Shown: positions 28,741-38,900, numbered from the stretch's first letter. The stretch is 64,000 nucleotides of DNA from an uncultured Actinomycetota bacterium (GCA_964601205.1 CAZRML010000020.1:2291-66290), one strand, 5' to 3'. Numbers and translations are program-made. Notes: generated by a model from the sequence alone, not told the origin.

Positions 28741-30381
28741 ATGAAAAGTATTGCTATTTACGATAGGTACCTTTCAACAGCCGGAGGCGGGGAAAGATAC
28801 AGCTGCAAAATTGCGGAAGTTTTATCTAAAAATAAAGAATACAGAGTAGATCTAATAACCGATATATTTGCCGACCTTAAAGAAGTGTCACGCAGGCTGA
28901 ACCTTGATTTAAATAAAGTTAATTTAAAAATATTTCCCTTTATATCGGAAGATTATGCTGTAAAAATAACTAAAAAATATAACCTCTTTATAAATGCCAC
29001 TTATTTAAGTTCGCTTCCTGCGCATAGCTCCGGGAATTTATATTTGTGTTATTTTCCGACTCCTTTTGATGTAGATTTTAAATTTATTCACCGGTTTTTA
29101 CTATTTTTTTTCAGAAAACCGGCAATATGGCTGTTTAAAGCTGCAGGCAGGCTGATAGGAGGTTTTGATAAGATAGAGGTGGAAGAGGGTATATATGAGC
29201 CCAAAAGATTTTTACTCAGGAGGGGCAGCTGGAGTAGCGGAAAGATTAAATTAAAGGTAATGAAATCCGAACGGTATATGGAGCTGGGTTTAAAGAATCC
29301 GGAAGCAAGCGCGCTGGACCTGATGAAAGTAAACATTAAGGTTCTTGAAGGGAAGGCAAGAGATGACAGGCCTATTTATGATAAGGATATCAGTTTAGTA
29401 AAGGGCGCAAGGGAAATTGTCAGGGTTCCACTGGATACCAGAAATGAATTTACAATTATAAAGGTTTTATCCAGTACTTTTAAACCCTCTGAAGAATACG
29501 GTGATTCAGAGGATTCCAGGAGTCTGGGAGTGGTTATGTATGATGAGAGGAAAATAAATCTTTTAAAAAAATTTATTTTAAAAGTTCTGGGATATATCCC
29601 TTTATTCCTGATAACTTTTCCCGATAATTTAAGGTTTCTTGAAACTTACCATAAAATTATTACTATATCTGAATACTCAAAAAAATGGATAAAGAAATTA
29701 TGGAAAAGGGATAGCGTGATTCTTTATCCCCCTGTAGATACGGACAGTTTCAGGATAGAAAAGAAAGAAAAGATTATTTTAAGCGTCGGCAGGTTTTTCC
29801 CCGAACATCATAATAAGAAGCAGCTGGAAATGGTAGAGATTTTTAAGCAGCTGCTGGAAAAATACCCCGGGCAAATGAAGGGGTATACCCTGTATCTGGC
29901 GGGGGGAGTGAGTAAAAGGCCGGACCACCTGAAGTATGTAGAAAAGGTAATTGCTGCAGCCGGAGGTTATCCCGTAAAAGTAATTACCAATATTGAATGG
30001 AAAGAACTGGTTAAAATTTTTGCCAGGTCATTTATATTCTGGCACGCTTCGGGAATGGGGGAGGACGAAGAAGCCCATCCCGAGAAATTTGAGCATTTTG
30101 GTATTACTACCGTAGAAGCAATGGCCGCAGGCTGTATACCTGTGGTCATAAATAAAGGCGGGCAGAAAGAAATTATTGAACATGGGTATAATGGATTTTT
30201 ATTCAGCAGCCGGCAGGAGCTTAAGGATATAACTCTGGATATAATAAAAGGGAAGGTAGAGGTAAAGAGAATAATAAATAATGCAATTTTAAGCTGCAGG
30301 AGGTTTTCAGATATTAAATTTGAGGAGAATTTGATTTCAATAATCAATAAAATAATGGAAGAGCATCCGGCAGGAAATTAA
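28741..30381 (+). CDS. glycosyltransferase family 4 with internal beta-sandwich insertion
   Basis: GGGERY, YPPVD, SVGRFF..H.KKQ, EHFGITTVEAMAAGC.PV. Confidence 0.85.
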   Translation: MKSIAIYDRYLSTAGGGERYSCKIAEVLSKNKEYRVDLITDIFADLKEVSRRLNLDLNKVNLKIFPFISEDYAVKITKKYNLFINATYLSSLPAHSSGNLYLCYFPTPFDVDFKFIHRFLLFFFRKPAIWLFKAAGRLIGGFDKIEVEEGIYEPKRFLLRRGSWSSGKIKLKVMKSERYMELGLKNPEASALDLMKVNIKVLEGKARDDRPIYDKDISLVKGAREIVRVPLDTRNEFTIIKVLSSTFKPSEEYGDSEDSRSLGVVMYDERKINLLKKFILKVLGYIPLFLITFPDNLRFLETYHKIITISEYSKKWIKKLWKRDSVILYPPVDTDSFRIEKKEKIILSVGRFFPEHHNKKQLEMVEIFKQLLEKYPGQMKGYTLYLAGGVSKRPDHLKYVEKVIAAAGGYPVKVITNIEWKELVKIFARSFIFWHASGMGEDEEAHPEKFEHFGITTVEAMAAGCIPVVINKGGQKEIIEHGYNGFLFSSRQELKDITLDIIKGKVEVKRIINNAILSCRRFSDIKFEENLISIINKIMEEHPAGN

Positions 30382-30418
30382 TTTAAATAATAAAGATGAG
30401 TTAATACGGGGATAATAA

Positions 30419-31369
30419 TTGGATATCAGTATTATAATTGTAAATTATAACAGTCTTGATTTTATAAAGAGATGTCTTAAAAGTATTGATTGTGATGCAA
30501 AAGAAAAGGGACCTGACTGTGAAATACTGGTTGTTGATAATGGCTCAGGTGATGGGAGTGTTGAATATCTAAAAAGACTGAGCAAAAAAAGGGACAGGCT
30601 ACATCTAATAGAAAATAAAAGTAATCCCGGTTTTTCAAAAGCTTCAAACACAGGCGCATCTAAAGCGAAAGGGAAATACCTTTTATTCTTAAACCCGGAT
30701 ACGGAGATTATAAATGGCAATCTTAATGATTTAATTAATTTTTATAATGAAAGGGGAAAAAATGAAAAGGTGGGTGTGGTTGGAGCAAAAACGTTAAACC
30801 CGGACGGAACCCTTCAATATAGCCCGAGGTCTTTTCCTACGCTGGCCCGTCAGTTTTATGAAAGCTATTTCCTGTACAGGATATTTAAAAAAAGCCGCAT
30901 TTTTGGTGCATATTTTTTAAGCTGGTGGGACCATGACAGGGTAAGAGAAGTAGACTGGCTGGCAGGTTCGTTTATGTTTATAAGAAAAGATTATTTTTTT
31001 CAGGCAGGCGTGTTTGATGAAGATTATTTTATGTTTAGTGAGGATACCGACCTCTGCCTAAAATTACACCGGAAAAATTTTAAAAATTATTTTTTTCCCG
31101 GTGTGGTGATAAAGCATTCCGACAGTGGTATTGCTTCCAGAAACCCGGCTGTAAGGGAAGCCGGAATATGGAAAAGCAGGAGGTTATATTTTAATAAGAA
31201 TTACTTCTGGACGCATGCAGTGTTGTTAAGCCTGATTTATCAGGCAGGGATTTTAAACCGGATACTGCTTTTTTCAATATTATCCGTATTCAGGCCGGGC
31301 TGGGAAAACAGGCTCAGGCTTTTTTCTTATTTTAAAGCGTTTAAATTATATTACAGAAAATTAATATGA
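30419..31369 (+). CDS. glycosyltransferase family 2 (WbbL-like rhamnosyltransferase)
   Basis: SIIIVNYN, DNGS.DGS, LNPD, VDWLAGS, FDEDYFMFSED.DLC. Confidence 0.85.
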   Translation: MDISIIIVNYNSLDFIKRCLKSIDCDAKEKGPDCEILVVDNGSGDGSVEYLKRLSKKRDRLHLIENKSNPGFSKASNTGASKAKGKYLLFLNPDTEIINGNLNDLINFYNERGKNEKVGVVGAKTLNPDGTLQYSPRSFPTLARQFYESYFLYRIFKKSRIFGAYFLSWWDHDRVREVDWLAGSFMFIRKDYFFQAGVFDEDYFMFSEDTDLCLKLHRKNFKNYFFPGVVIKHSDSGIASRNPAVREAGIWKSRRLYFNKNYFWTHAVLLSLIYQAGILNRILLFSILSVFRPGWENRLRLFSYFKAFKLYYRKLI

Positions 31370-32463
31370 ACGGGAAAGAAAATAAAAGAGAAATTCTTGG
31401 CAATGTCAGCTTTGTAACTACAGTTTACAATGAAAAGGCAAGCATTGTTAAATTTATGGAAAGCCTGGTTGAACAGAGCCATATCCCGGGAGAAATAGTT
31501 ATAGTTGACGGGGGTTCGGAAGATGGCACCCGTGAGAGGATATTAACCTTTTTTAAAGATAGGGCAGCCAGGGATAAAAATAAAGTATTTTCGGTAGCAC
31601 TGCCGGACCGAAGAATGAAAGAAGAAAAGAAGAAAGAACTTAAAAACATTAAGGATGATTCCGGGCCGGTAAAGGTGAAGTTAATAAAGAAAGACGGGGC
31701 AAATATTTCCAGGGGAAGAAATGAAGCAATAAAAAATGCATCAGGTAAAATTATCTGTGTGAGCGATGCCGGATGTATCCTTGACAGGAACTGGCTAGTG
31801 GAAATTACGAAGTTTTATGACGACCCTTCATGCAATATAATAGGGGGATTGAGTATGCCATACTGCAGTAATTTTGTGCAGAAGTGCCTGGCTGCATGCA
31901 TTATGCCTTTTAAAGAAGAAATAAGGAATGATAATTATATGCCTTCATCCAGAAATATAAGTTTTAAAAAGAAAGTATGGATTGATACAGGTGGTTACCC
32001 CGAGAATATGGATTATGGTGAAGATATGAAATTTAATTTTAAAATAAAAAAAGCAGGCTACCGGATAAGATTTAATCCTGATGCCGTAGTCTACTGGATG
32101 ATGAGGAAGAATCCCGTACAGATATTTAAACAGTTTTTCAGGTATGCAGGAGGAGATGCGGCGGGCAGGATGTATACATACCGGCACATTATAAGATTTG
32201 CTGCATTTCTGGTATTTGTGTTAATTATATTCATGGCGATTTATATAAGCAGCTGGATTCTGTTTGCATATGTTCCTCTTTTTGCACTTTATCTATATAA
32301 ACCGTACCGGAGGCTCTTTAAATTATTTAAAAATAAAGATGAATGCGGTTTTAACCTGAAAGAAAAGTTGTTATCAATTCTTTTTGTTCCTCTTTTACTT
32401 TTTCATATTGATATCTCAAAAATGTGGGGGTATATTTATGCTATTCTAAGGCGCCCTGTTTAA
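31366..32463 (+). CDS. glycosyltransferase family 2 with C-terminal TM helices
   Basis: TVYNE, VDGGS.DGT, GRN.AI, SDAGC, GGYPE..YGED. Confidence 0.85.
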   Translation: MNGKENKREILGNVSFVTTVYNEKASIVKFMESLVEQSHIPGEIVIVDGGSEDGTRERILTFFKDRAARDKNKVFSVALPDRRMKEEKKKELKNIKDDSGPVKVKLIKKDGANISRGRNEAIKNASGKIICVSDAGCILDRNWLVEITKFYDDPSCNIIGGLSMPYCSNFVQKCLAACIMPFKEEIRNDNYMPSSRNISFKKKVWIDTGGYPENMDYGEDMKFNFKIKKAGYRIRFNPDAVVYWMMRKNPVQIFKQFFRYAGGDAAGRMYTYRHIIRFAAFLVFVLIIFMAIYISSWILFAYVPLFALYLYKPYRRLFKLFKNKDECGFNLKEKLLSILFVPLLLFHIDISKMWGYIYAILRRPV

Positions 32464-32683
32464 TAGTATTTTAAATTTATAATTATTATAAATTAAAAAT
32501 ATAATTTTCAAAAAAGTATTTAAATAATTTTGAATTTGTTTTATAATATAATCTAAAATATAAAATTTAATAAATTTATTATAGATTTTATTATTTAAAT
32601 ATGAGATAATGATATAAATTTATATTTTTAAAATATTGTAAAGAGTAATTTCTGTATATGTTAAAGATTTTAAGGGGTGAAAA

Positions 32684-32908
32684 ATGACTTACGAAGAAGA
32701 CGTAAAAAAGATTGATACCAATGAATTAAGGGTCAATCTTACGAAGTATTTAACAGAAAATTTAGGGGACACTATATATATTACCAGATACAACAGGCTG
32801 GTAGCCGAGCTCAGAGTTTATACCGAAGAAACCAGGAGGAAGACTGAGCTCAGAATAGCAAAAAAAATGCTTGAAGCTGCAGAAAGAGAAAAAAGTCATA
32901 AGAAATAA
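32684..32908 (+). CDS. Phd/YefM antitoxin-like small DNA-binding protein
   Basis: I...ELR.NL..YL.....TIYITRYNRLVAEL resembles the Phd N-terminal fold; SD AAGGGGTGA. Confidence 0.55.
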   Translation: MTYEEDVKKIDTNELRVNLTKYLTENLGDTIYITRYNRLVAELRVYTEETRRKTELRIAKKMLEAAEREKSHKK

Positions 32909-32955
32909 AAAATATAAAATATTTAAGGCAGCCCGGATTACCGGTAAAAATAGTT

Positions 32956-33004
32956 AAGATAATGGCACATATTTTGTTCATAAAATATGTGCCATTATCT
33001 TTTT
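32956..33004 (+). terminator. intrinsic terminator
   Basis: Perfect 20-bp inverted repeat AAGATAATGGCACATATTTT / AAAATATGTGCCATTATCTT with a 6-nt loop, followed by Ts. Confidence 0.8.
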
Positions 33005-33037
33005 AGATAAAAGTTTTAGTTTTAATATTTTTTTGAG

Positions 33038-33065
33038 TTGACTTGCGCAGTGGTTATGCTATTAT
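33038..33065 (+). promoter_or_regulatory. sigma70-type promoter of trp operon
   Basis: TTGACT-16 nt-TATTAT with extended -10 TG at 33057-33058. Confidence 0.6.
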
Positions 33066-33115
33066 ATCTAAACTTTTTAAAAGTAGCATTAATGAGCATG
33101 TTTTAATAACAGGTT

Positions 33116-33234
33116 ATGGGAATTTGTAAAATAAAATTTAGTCGAACAAAAAAGCTAATAAGTATGTTTCTGTGGCTAAAAGATAATTCCTGCTGGCGAA
33201 GTCTCTAAACCTGGCCGGCTGGAATTTTTATTTT
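33116..33234 (+). promoter_or_regulatory. trpL: candidate trp leader peptide and attenuator
   Basis: ORF 33116/33164..33208 ends MFLWLKDNSCWRSL (two Trp); stem 33185-33197/33214-33226 followed by a U-tract. Confidence 0.55.
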
Positions 33235-33420
33235 ATATATATTTCCATTAAACTGCATCTACAAATTTATTTCCATATAAATAAAAATTCCTAAAAATTC
33301 CTGAATTAATCAGGTAAAAACACCCGGGGGGGAATACTATCTTCTTTTAAGGAATAAGTAATAAATATTAAATTTAATTAAATTATGAGAATACCTAAAA
33401 ATAAATACTTAAAGAAGTAA

Positions 33421-34938
33421 ATGAAAATACAGAGAGGCATGAAAAGAATGTTTTATCCGCATAAAAGTGAATATATTTTGGAAGCAGAAAATTATAATTT
33501 AGTTCCGGTATATAAAGAATATGTTGCTGACACCGAGACTCCGGCTTCCTTATTTATAAAAACTGTGGGACCGGGAAAGAAAGGATTTTTACTGGAAAGC
33601 ATTGAGGGCATAAAGAATCTGGCAAGGTATTCTTTTATAGGAATTGGATGCAGTAATTTAATTAAATTTAATGACGGGGTTTTTTCTTTGGTAGATAATA
33701 GTGAAAAGCTATATCAGATAAAAACAGAAAACCCCCTCGGGGAGCTGGGAAAAGTGTTGGGAAGTTACCATCTTTATAAAAATCCCCGGCTCAATCATTT
33801 TGTGGGCGGAGCCGCAGGTTATCTGGGTTATGACCTGGTAAAGAATTTTGAAAATATTCCCCTGCCCGAAAATAATCTGTCTATTCCTGAAATCATGCTT
33901 TATCTTACAGACCTCGTAGTTGTTTTTGACCACCTGCTTAACAGGGTAAAAATAATCTCAACAGTTAAGAGTGGAGGTAAAATTAGTGCCGGGAAGGCTT
34001 ACGATATTTCAGCCAGTAATATTGAGAGTGTTGAAGAGAAAATTAATAAAAATGTTAAAAATGATTTTAAAGAAAGCTTTAACCGTGCGGGCATTGACCA
34101 TACCAGAATGGATTTAAAATTAAATTCAAATTTTGGTAAGAATGAATTCCTCAAAGGAGTGGAGAAAGCAAAAAGATATATCGCTGGAGGAGATGCTTTC
34201 CAGATAGTCCTGTCTCAGAGGTTTCACACCAGAATATTTTCAGATTCTTTTAGTGTCTACCGCGGCCTCAGAGCGGTAAATCCCTCTCCATACATGTATT
34301 ACTTTGATTTTGGCGGGTTTAAAATTGCAGGCGCTTCACCGGAGCCTCTTATTAAAATTAAAGGTAGAAAAATATTAACCTGCCCCATTGCAGGGACAAG
34401 AAAGAGAGGCAGGGACCCCGGGGAAGACAGGTCTATGGTAAAAAGTTTATTAAATGATGAAAAGGAAAAAGCGGAGCATAACATGCTGGTTGACCTTGCC
34501 AGAAATGACCTGGGGAGGGTATGTAAATATAACAGTGTAAAAGTAAAGAAATATATGGGTGTGGAAAAATATTCCCATGTCGTACACCTGGTATCCAGGG
34601 TGGAAGGGGTTCTGGAAAAAAGATATTCAATATACGACGCGCTGAAAAGTGTTTTTCCTGCAGGGACACTGTCGGGAGCCCCAAAAATAAGGGCGATGCA
34701 GATTATAAGTGAACTGGAACCTGACAGGCGGGGGCCATATGGAGGAGCAGTGGGATATTTTGGATATGATGGCGACCTTGACAGCTGTATAACCATAAGA
34801 ACAGCAGTGATTAAAGACGGGGTGGCCTATATCCAGGCTGGTGCGGGTATTGTTTATGATTCAAGACCTGAGAGTGAATATGATGAGACCTTAAATAAGG
34901 CAGCCGCTATTTTCAGGGCTATCAGTTTATTTAAATAA
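33421..34938 (+). CDS. trpE: anthranilate synthase component I
   Basis: D.ETP, LLES.EG, QIVLSQR, NPSPYMY, PIAGTRKRG, EHNMLVDLARND, GTLSGAPKIRAM; start may be ATG 33448. Confidence 0.95.
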   Translation: MKIQRGMKRMFYPHKSEYILEAENYNLVPVYKEYVADTETPASLFIKTVGPGKKGFLLESIEGIKNLARYSFIGIGCSNLIKFNDGVFSLVDNSEKLYQIKTENPLGELGKVLGSYHLYKNPRLNHFVGGAAGYLGYDLVKNFENIPLPENNLSIPEIMLYLTDLVVVFDHLLNRVKIISTVKSGGKISAGKAYDISASNIESVEEKINKNVKNDFKESFNRAGIDHTRMDLKLNSNFGKNEFLKGVEKAKRYIAGGDAFQIVLSQRFHTRIFSDSFSVYRGLRAVNPSPYMYYFDFGGFKIAGASPEPLIKIKGRKILTCPIAGTRKRGRDPGEDRSMVKSLLNDEKEKAEHNMLVDLARNDLGRVCKYNSVKVKKYMGVEKYSHVVHLVSRVEGVLEKRYSIYDALKSVFPAGTLSGAPKIRAMQIISELEPDRRGPYGGAVGYFGYDGDLDSCITIRTAVIKDGVAYIQAGAGIVYDSRPESEYDETLNKAAAIFRAISLFK

Positions 34939-34995
34939 ACCAAAAAATAACAATATATATAAATAACAATATAAAAAATAGCGGGGAGATTAAGA

Positions 34996-36021
34996 ATGAA
35001 AGATTTCCTGGATATAATTTTAAATGGAAAAGACCTTGGCGAAGAGCAGGCATACAGAGCAATGGAGCTTATAATGGAAGGCGGGGCAAATGACTGTCAG
35101 ATTGCTTCTTTTCTTACCGCATTGAAGATGAAGGGAGAAACAGCTGCTGAAATAAGCGGGTTTTCGAGAGCAATGCTGGATAAGGCGGTAAAGGTAAAAA
35201 GCAGATATCCCGACCTTGTGGACACCTGCGGGACAGGCGGAGATGGGCTGTACACTTTTAACATTTCAACTACCGCAGCATTTATAGCTGCAGGTGCGGG
35301 GGTTAAAATTGCAAAGCACGGCAACAGGAGTGTTTCAAGCAGGAGCGGAAGCGCCGATGTTCTTGAAGAGTTAGGAGTTAATATAAACCTTGAATGTGAA
35401 GATGTTGCAGAGTGTCTTGATAGTACCGGTATTGGTTTTATTTTTGCTCCCAGGGCGCATAAGGCTATGAAATATGTGGCCAGGGCAAGAAAAGATATGG
35501 GAATAAGGACTGTTTTCAATATTCTTGGCCCCATAACAAACCCGGCTCTGGCAAGGGGAAGGGTCCTCGGTGTATTTGATGCAGGGTTAATAGACATTAT
35601 GATAAATACATTAAAAAATCTGGGTGTTGAAAGGGCTTATGTGGTTAACAGTGATGAAGGGCTTGACGAGTTTTCTGTTTCGGGTAAAAGCATGGTAGCG
35701 GAGTTAAAAGACGGAAAAATCATAAGGTATGTTTTTAACCCCGGAGATTTTGGTTTTAAAAAATCAACTATTTCGGACCTTGCTGGTGGAGATGCGAAAG
35801 AAAATGCAAAAATACTTACTGATATTCTTACCGGAAAAGAAAAGGGGCCCAAAAGAGATTCTGCCCTGGTCAATGCTGCAGCGGCAATTGTCTCGGGGAA
35901 AAGGGCCGGTAACCTTAAAGAAGCTCTAAAGCTGGCCAGCTATTCAATTGAGAGCGGCAGGGCATATGATAAGTTAATAAGTTTAATAAAGTTTACAAAT
36001 AAAAAAGCCGGTCAGAACTGA
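34996..36021 (+). CDS. trpD: anthranilate phosphoribosyltransferase
   Basis: DTCGTGGDG..TFNIST, KHGNRSVSSRSGSADVLE, GLDE. Confidence 0.96.
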   Translation: MKDFLDIILNGKDLGEEQAYRAMELIMEGGANDCQIASFLTALKMKGETAAEISGFSRAMLDKAVKVKSRYPDLVDTCGTGGDGLYTFNISTTAAFIAAGAGVKIAKHGNRSVSSRSGSADVLEELGVNINLECEDVAECLDSTGIGFIFAPRAHKAMKYVARARKDMGIRTVFNILGPITNPALARGRVLGVFDAGLIDIMINTLKNLGVERAYVVNSDEGLDEFSVSGKSMVAELKDGKIIRYVFNPGDFGFKKSTISDLAGGDAKENAKILTDILTGKEKGPKRDSALVNAAAAIVSGKRAGNLKEALKLASYSIESGRAYDKLISLIKFTNKKAGQN

Positions 36022-36065
36022 AATAAAGATAATAGCCGGATAAGATTGATCGGGGAGAGGCCAAT

Positions 36066-36899
36066 TTGAAATATCTAAAAGAAATTTTGCTCGGGAAAAA
36101 GAAAGAGATTGAAAAAATTAAAAAAATAAAGCAGGATTATCGTCTATCAGCGGCATTTGCAGCAGGGGCAGGAGAAAATGTTAAAGAATATGGGGGGCAT
36201 TTTATTGGAAATATTAAAAAGGGGAAGGTTAATATTATTGCCGAAATTAAGAAGGCTTCACCCTCCAGAGGAATAATAAATGATGAAATTGATATTGGAA
36301 AGGCAGCCTTACTATATGAAAAATTTAAAAGTTTTATCTGCGGTGTATCCGTTCTTACAGAACCTATATATTTTAAAGGTGATCCAGGCAATATAAAAAT
36401 AGTTAAAGAAAAGATAGCACTTCCTGTCCTGAGAAAGGATTTTATTTTTAATGAAGTTCAGGTTTACCGGAGTGCGGAGATAGGAGCAGATTGCATCCTG
36501 CTCATAGGTTCGCTTCTGGGATTTAAAAAGCTGGAAAAATTATATAATCTTGCAGTCAGCCTGGGTATGGATGTGCTGGTTGAGGTGCATACTTTGAAGG
36601 AGCTGCGAAAAGTTCTGGATACAGGAGCAAAATTAATAGGCATAAATAACCGCAACCTTAAAGATATGAGGGTTAATGAAAGGCTGATTTATGATTTTAT
36701 AGAACATAGCAAAAAAACCGGCATTACTGATAGAATTTTTGTCTGTGAAAGCGGTGTAAAAAATGTTAGTTATATAAAAGACCTGTTTTTAGAAGGCGTA
36801 AACACTTTTTTAATTGGAGAGTATTTTATGAGTGCCGAAAATCTGGAAAAAACATTAAATGATATGGAGCTGGATTTTAAGAGAACCAATCTAATTTAA
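36066..36899 (+). CDS. trpC: indole-3-glycerol phosphate synthase
   Basis: IAEIKKASPSRG, SVLTEP.YF.G, LRKDFI, IGINNRNL, ESG. Confidence 0.95.
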   Translation: MKYLKEILLGKKKEIEKIKKIKQDYRLSAAFAAGAGENVKEYGGHFIGNIKKGKVNIIAEIKKASPSRGIINDEIDIGKAALLYEKFKSFICGVSVLTEPIYFKGDPGNIKIVKEKIALPVLRKDFIFNEVQVYRSAEIGADCILLIGSLLGFKKLEKLYNLAVSLGMDVLVEVHTLKELRKVLDTGAKLIGINNRNLKDMRVNERLIYDFIEHSKKTGITDRIFVCESGVKNVSYIKDLFLEGVNTFLIGEYFMSAENLEKTLNDMELDFKRTNLI

Positions 36900-36945
36900 G
36901 TTTAAAAATATAACTTCAGGATTAAATTCAAGGGTGAATTAAGAC

Positions 36946-37626
36946 ATGGTATGGGTTAAAATATGTGGAATTACAAATTTAGAAGATGCAAGGCTGGCAC
37001 CACAGTTAAAAGCTGATGCATTGGGCTTTATATTCTCCACGGACAGTCCTAGGAGAATAGGGTTGAGCGAAGCAAAAAAAATAAATGATGGGCTCCGCGA
37101 TGAGGAAAACAGGGTTTCAAAAGTCGGTGTGTTTGTAAATGAAAGGGTGGAATTGATTCTTGAGTACTGCGAGAAATTGGAGCTAAATTTTATCCAGCTT
37201 TCAGGAGATGAAGATATAGATTTCTTGAGAACATTAAGAAAAGAGGCAAAGGGACTAAAAATTATAAAAGCTTTAAGAATCAGAAACAAAAATAAAACCA
37301 GTGGTAGTGATGGACAGGATGGTTTAAAAATAGCCGGGGTACCGGGAGAAATTAAAAAATATGCAGATTTTATTCTGCTGGATAGTTATAAGGAAAATGT
37401 TTACGGAGGTACAGGGCAAACTTTTAACTGGGAAATTGTAAAGTATTTCAGCGGTATTCTGCCGGTTATATTATCGGGAGGTCTTGAGCCGGAGAATGTC
37501 GGGAAGGCAGTAAGCATAGCAAAGCCATTCGGTGTGGATGCATCGTCCCTGCTGGAAGTATATCCAGGGAAAAAAGATGCAGATAAAGTGAGAAGATTCG
37601 TTAATATTGTTAAAAAAGTGCAGTAG
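36946..37626 (+). CDS. trpF: phosphoribosylanthranilate isomerase
   Basis: VKICGIT, VGVFVN, LLDS....YGGTG..F.W, LSGGL..ENV, GVD.SS..E..PG.KD. Confidence 0.95.
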   Translation: MVWVKICGITNLEDARLAPQLKADALGFIFSTDSPRRIGLSEAKKINDGLRDEENRVSKVGVFVNERVELILEYCEKLELNFIQLSGDEDIDFLRTLRKEAKGLKIIKALRIRNKNKTSGSDGQDGLKIAGVPGEIKKYADFILLDSYKENVYGGTGQTFNWEIVKYFSGILPVILSGGLEPENVGKAVSIAKPFGVDASSLLEVYPGKKDADKVRRFVNIVKKVQ

Positions 37627-37715
37627 TCTGCTTTATCGGAGGAAGTTATAAATGGTTAATTATTATACAGAATAAAATACAGGTTGCTGCAAAATATAAT
37701 GGGGTTTTAATTAAC

Positions 37716-38900
37716 ATGGGAGAAGAAAAAAAACGGTACAGTTTTAAAAATGGCTATTTCGGGATGTTTGGAGGTATGTATGTACCCGAGATACTTATCA
37801 ATGCCTTAAAGGAGCTTGAAAAAAATTATTTCAGGTACAAAAAGGATAAAAATTTTCAGAAAGAGCTGGGATATTATTTAAAAAATTATGCCGGAAGGCC
37901 GACTCCTCTCTATTACGCAGAAAGACTTTCCAGCAAACTGGGTGGAGCAAAGATATATTTAAAGCGCGAGGACCTGTGCCATCTTGGAGCTCATAAGATT
38001 AATAATACTATCGGTCAGGTGCTTCTGGCTCAAAGGATGGGGAAGAAATTTATCATTGCAGAAACCGGTGCCGGACAGCACGGGGTGGCGACTGCAGCGG
38101 CAGCTGCATTATTTAATATGGGCTGTAAAATTTTTATGGGCAGTAAGGACATAAAGAGGCAGTCTTCAAATGTATACAGGATGAAACTTATGGGAGCAGA
38201 AGTAGTAGAAGTTTCATCGGGGAGCAGGACATTAAAAGATGCGGTTAATGAGACTCTTCGTTACTGGGCATCCAGAGTGGAAGATACTTTCTATGTCATT
38301 GGTTCAGTAGTGGGTCCCCATCCGTATCCTGCAATGGTGAGGGATTTCCAGATAGTTATCGGCAGAGAAACCAGAAGCCAGATACTTAAAGTAGAGAGAA
38401 GACTTCCTGATTATATTGTAGCCTGTGTGGGTGGCGGCAGTAATTCTATAGGGATATTTTATCCGTTTTTAAAAAATTGTGACAGGGTCAAACTTATAGG
38501 GGTGGAAGCCGGAGGTAAAGGCATCAGGAGCGGGAAACATGGAGCAACACTGGTAAACGGGAATAAAGGAATATTCCAGGGCGCTTTTAGTTATGTGCTG
38601 CAGGATAATTACGGGCAGATAGAAGAAGCTTATTCGGTATCGGCTGGCCTTGATTATCCAGGTGTGGGACCCGAACATGCTTATTTTAAGGAGAACGAAA
38701 TAGTTAAATATGAGTATGCCCTTGATAGCGAGGCGCTGGAAGCGTTCAGGATGCTTTCGCTTTATGAGGGGATTATTCCCGCCTACGAAAGTGCGCATGC
38801 ACTGGCTTATGTGGCAAAACTGGCACCCGGGCTGGGCAGGGATAAGATAATAGTGGTAAATCTATCCGGCCGCGGGGATAAGGATATTGACAATAAATAA
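37716..38900 (+). CDS. trpB: tryptophan synthase beta chain
   Basis: [52 protein letters not shown]. Confidence 0.97.
   Translation: MGEEKKRYSFKNGYFGMFGGMYVPEILINALKELEKNYFRYKKDKNFQKELGYYLKNYAGRPTPLYYAERLSSKLGGAKIYLKREDLCHLGAHKINNTIGQVLLAQRMGKKFIIAETGAGQHGVATAAAAALFNMGCKIFMGSKDIKRQSSNVYRMKLMGAEVVEVSSGSRTLKDAVNETLRYWASRVEDTFYVIGSVVGPHPYPAMVRDFQIVIGRETRSQILKVERRLPDYIVACVGGGSNSIGIFYPFLKNCDRVKLIGVEAGGKGIRSGKHGATLVNGNKGIFQGAFSYVLQDNYGQIEEAYSVSAGLDYPGVGPEHAYFKENEIVKYEYALDSEALEAFRMLSLYEGIIPAYESAHALAYVAKLAPGLGRDKIIVVNLSGRGDKDIDNK

Noticed and set aside
32464-32683. Very AT-rich spacer as a possible replication origin
   Set aside because: No DnaA boxes (TTATCCACA-like) seen and no dnaA/dnaN/parAB context
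33066-33420. T-box riboswitch or TRAP site upstream of trpE
   Set aside because: No GGTGGNACC T-box motif or regularly spaced (G/T)AG repeats found; the leader-peptide model fits better
34299-35929. Antisense ORFs of 165-166 aa as a hidden trpG
   Set aside because: No glutamine amidotransferase motifs (SPGPG, G.CLG.Q, HPE); they are shadows of trpE and trpD
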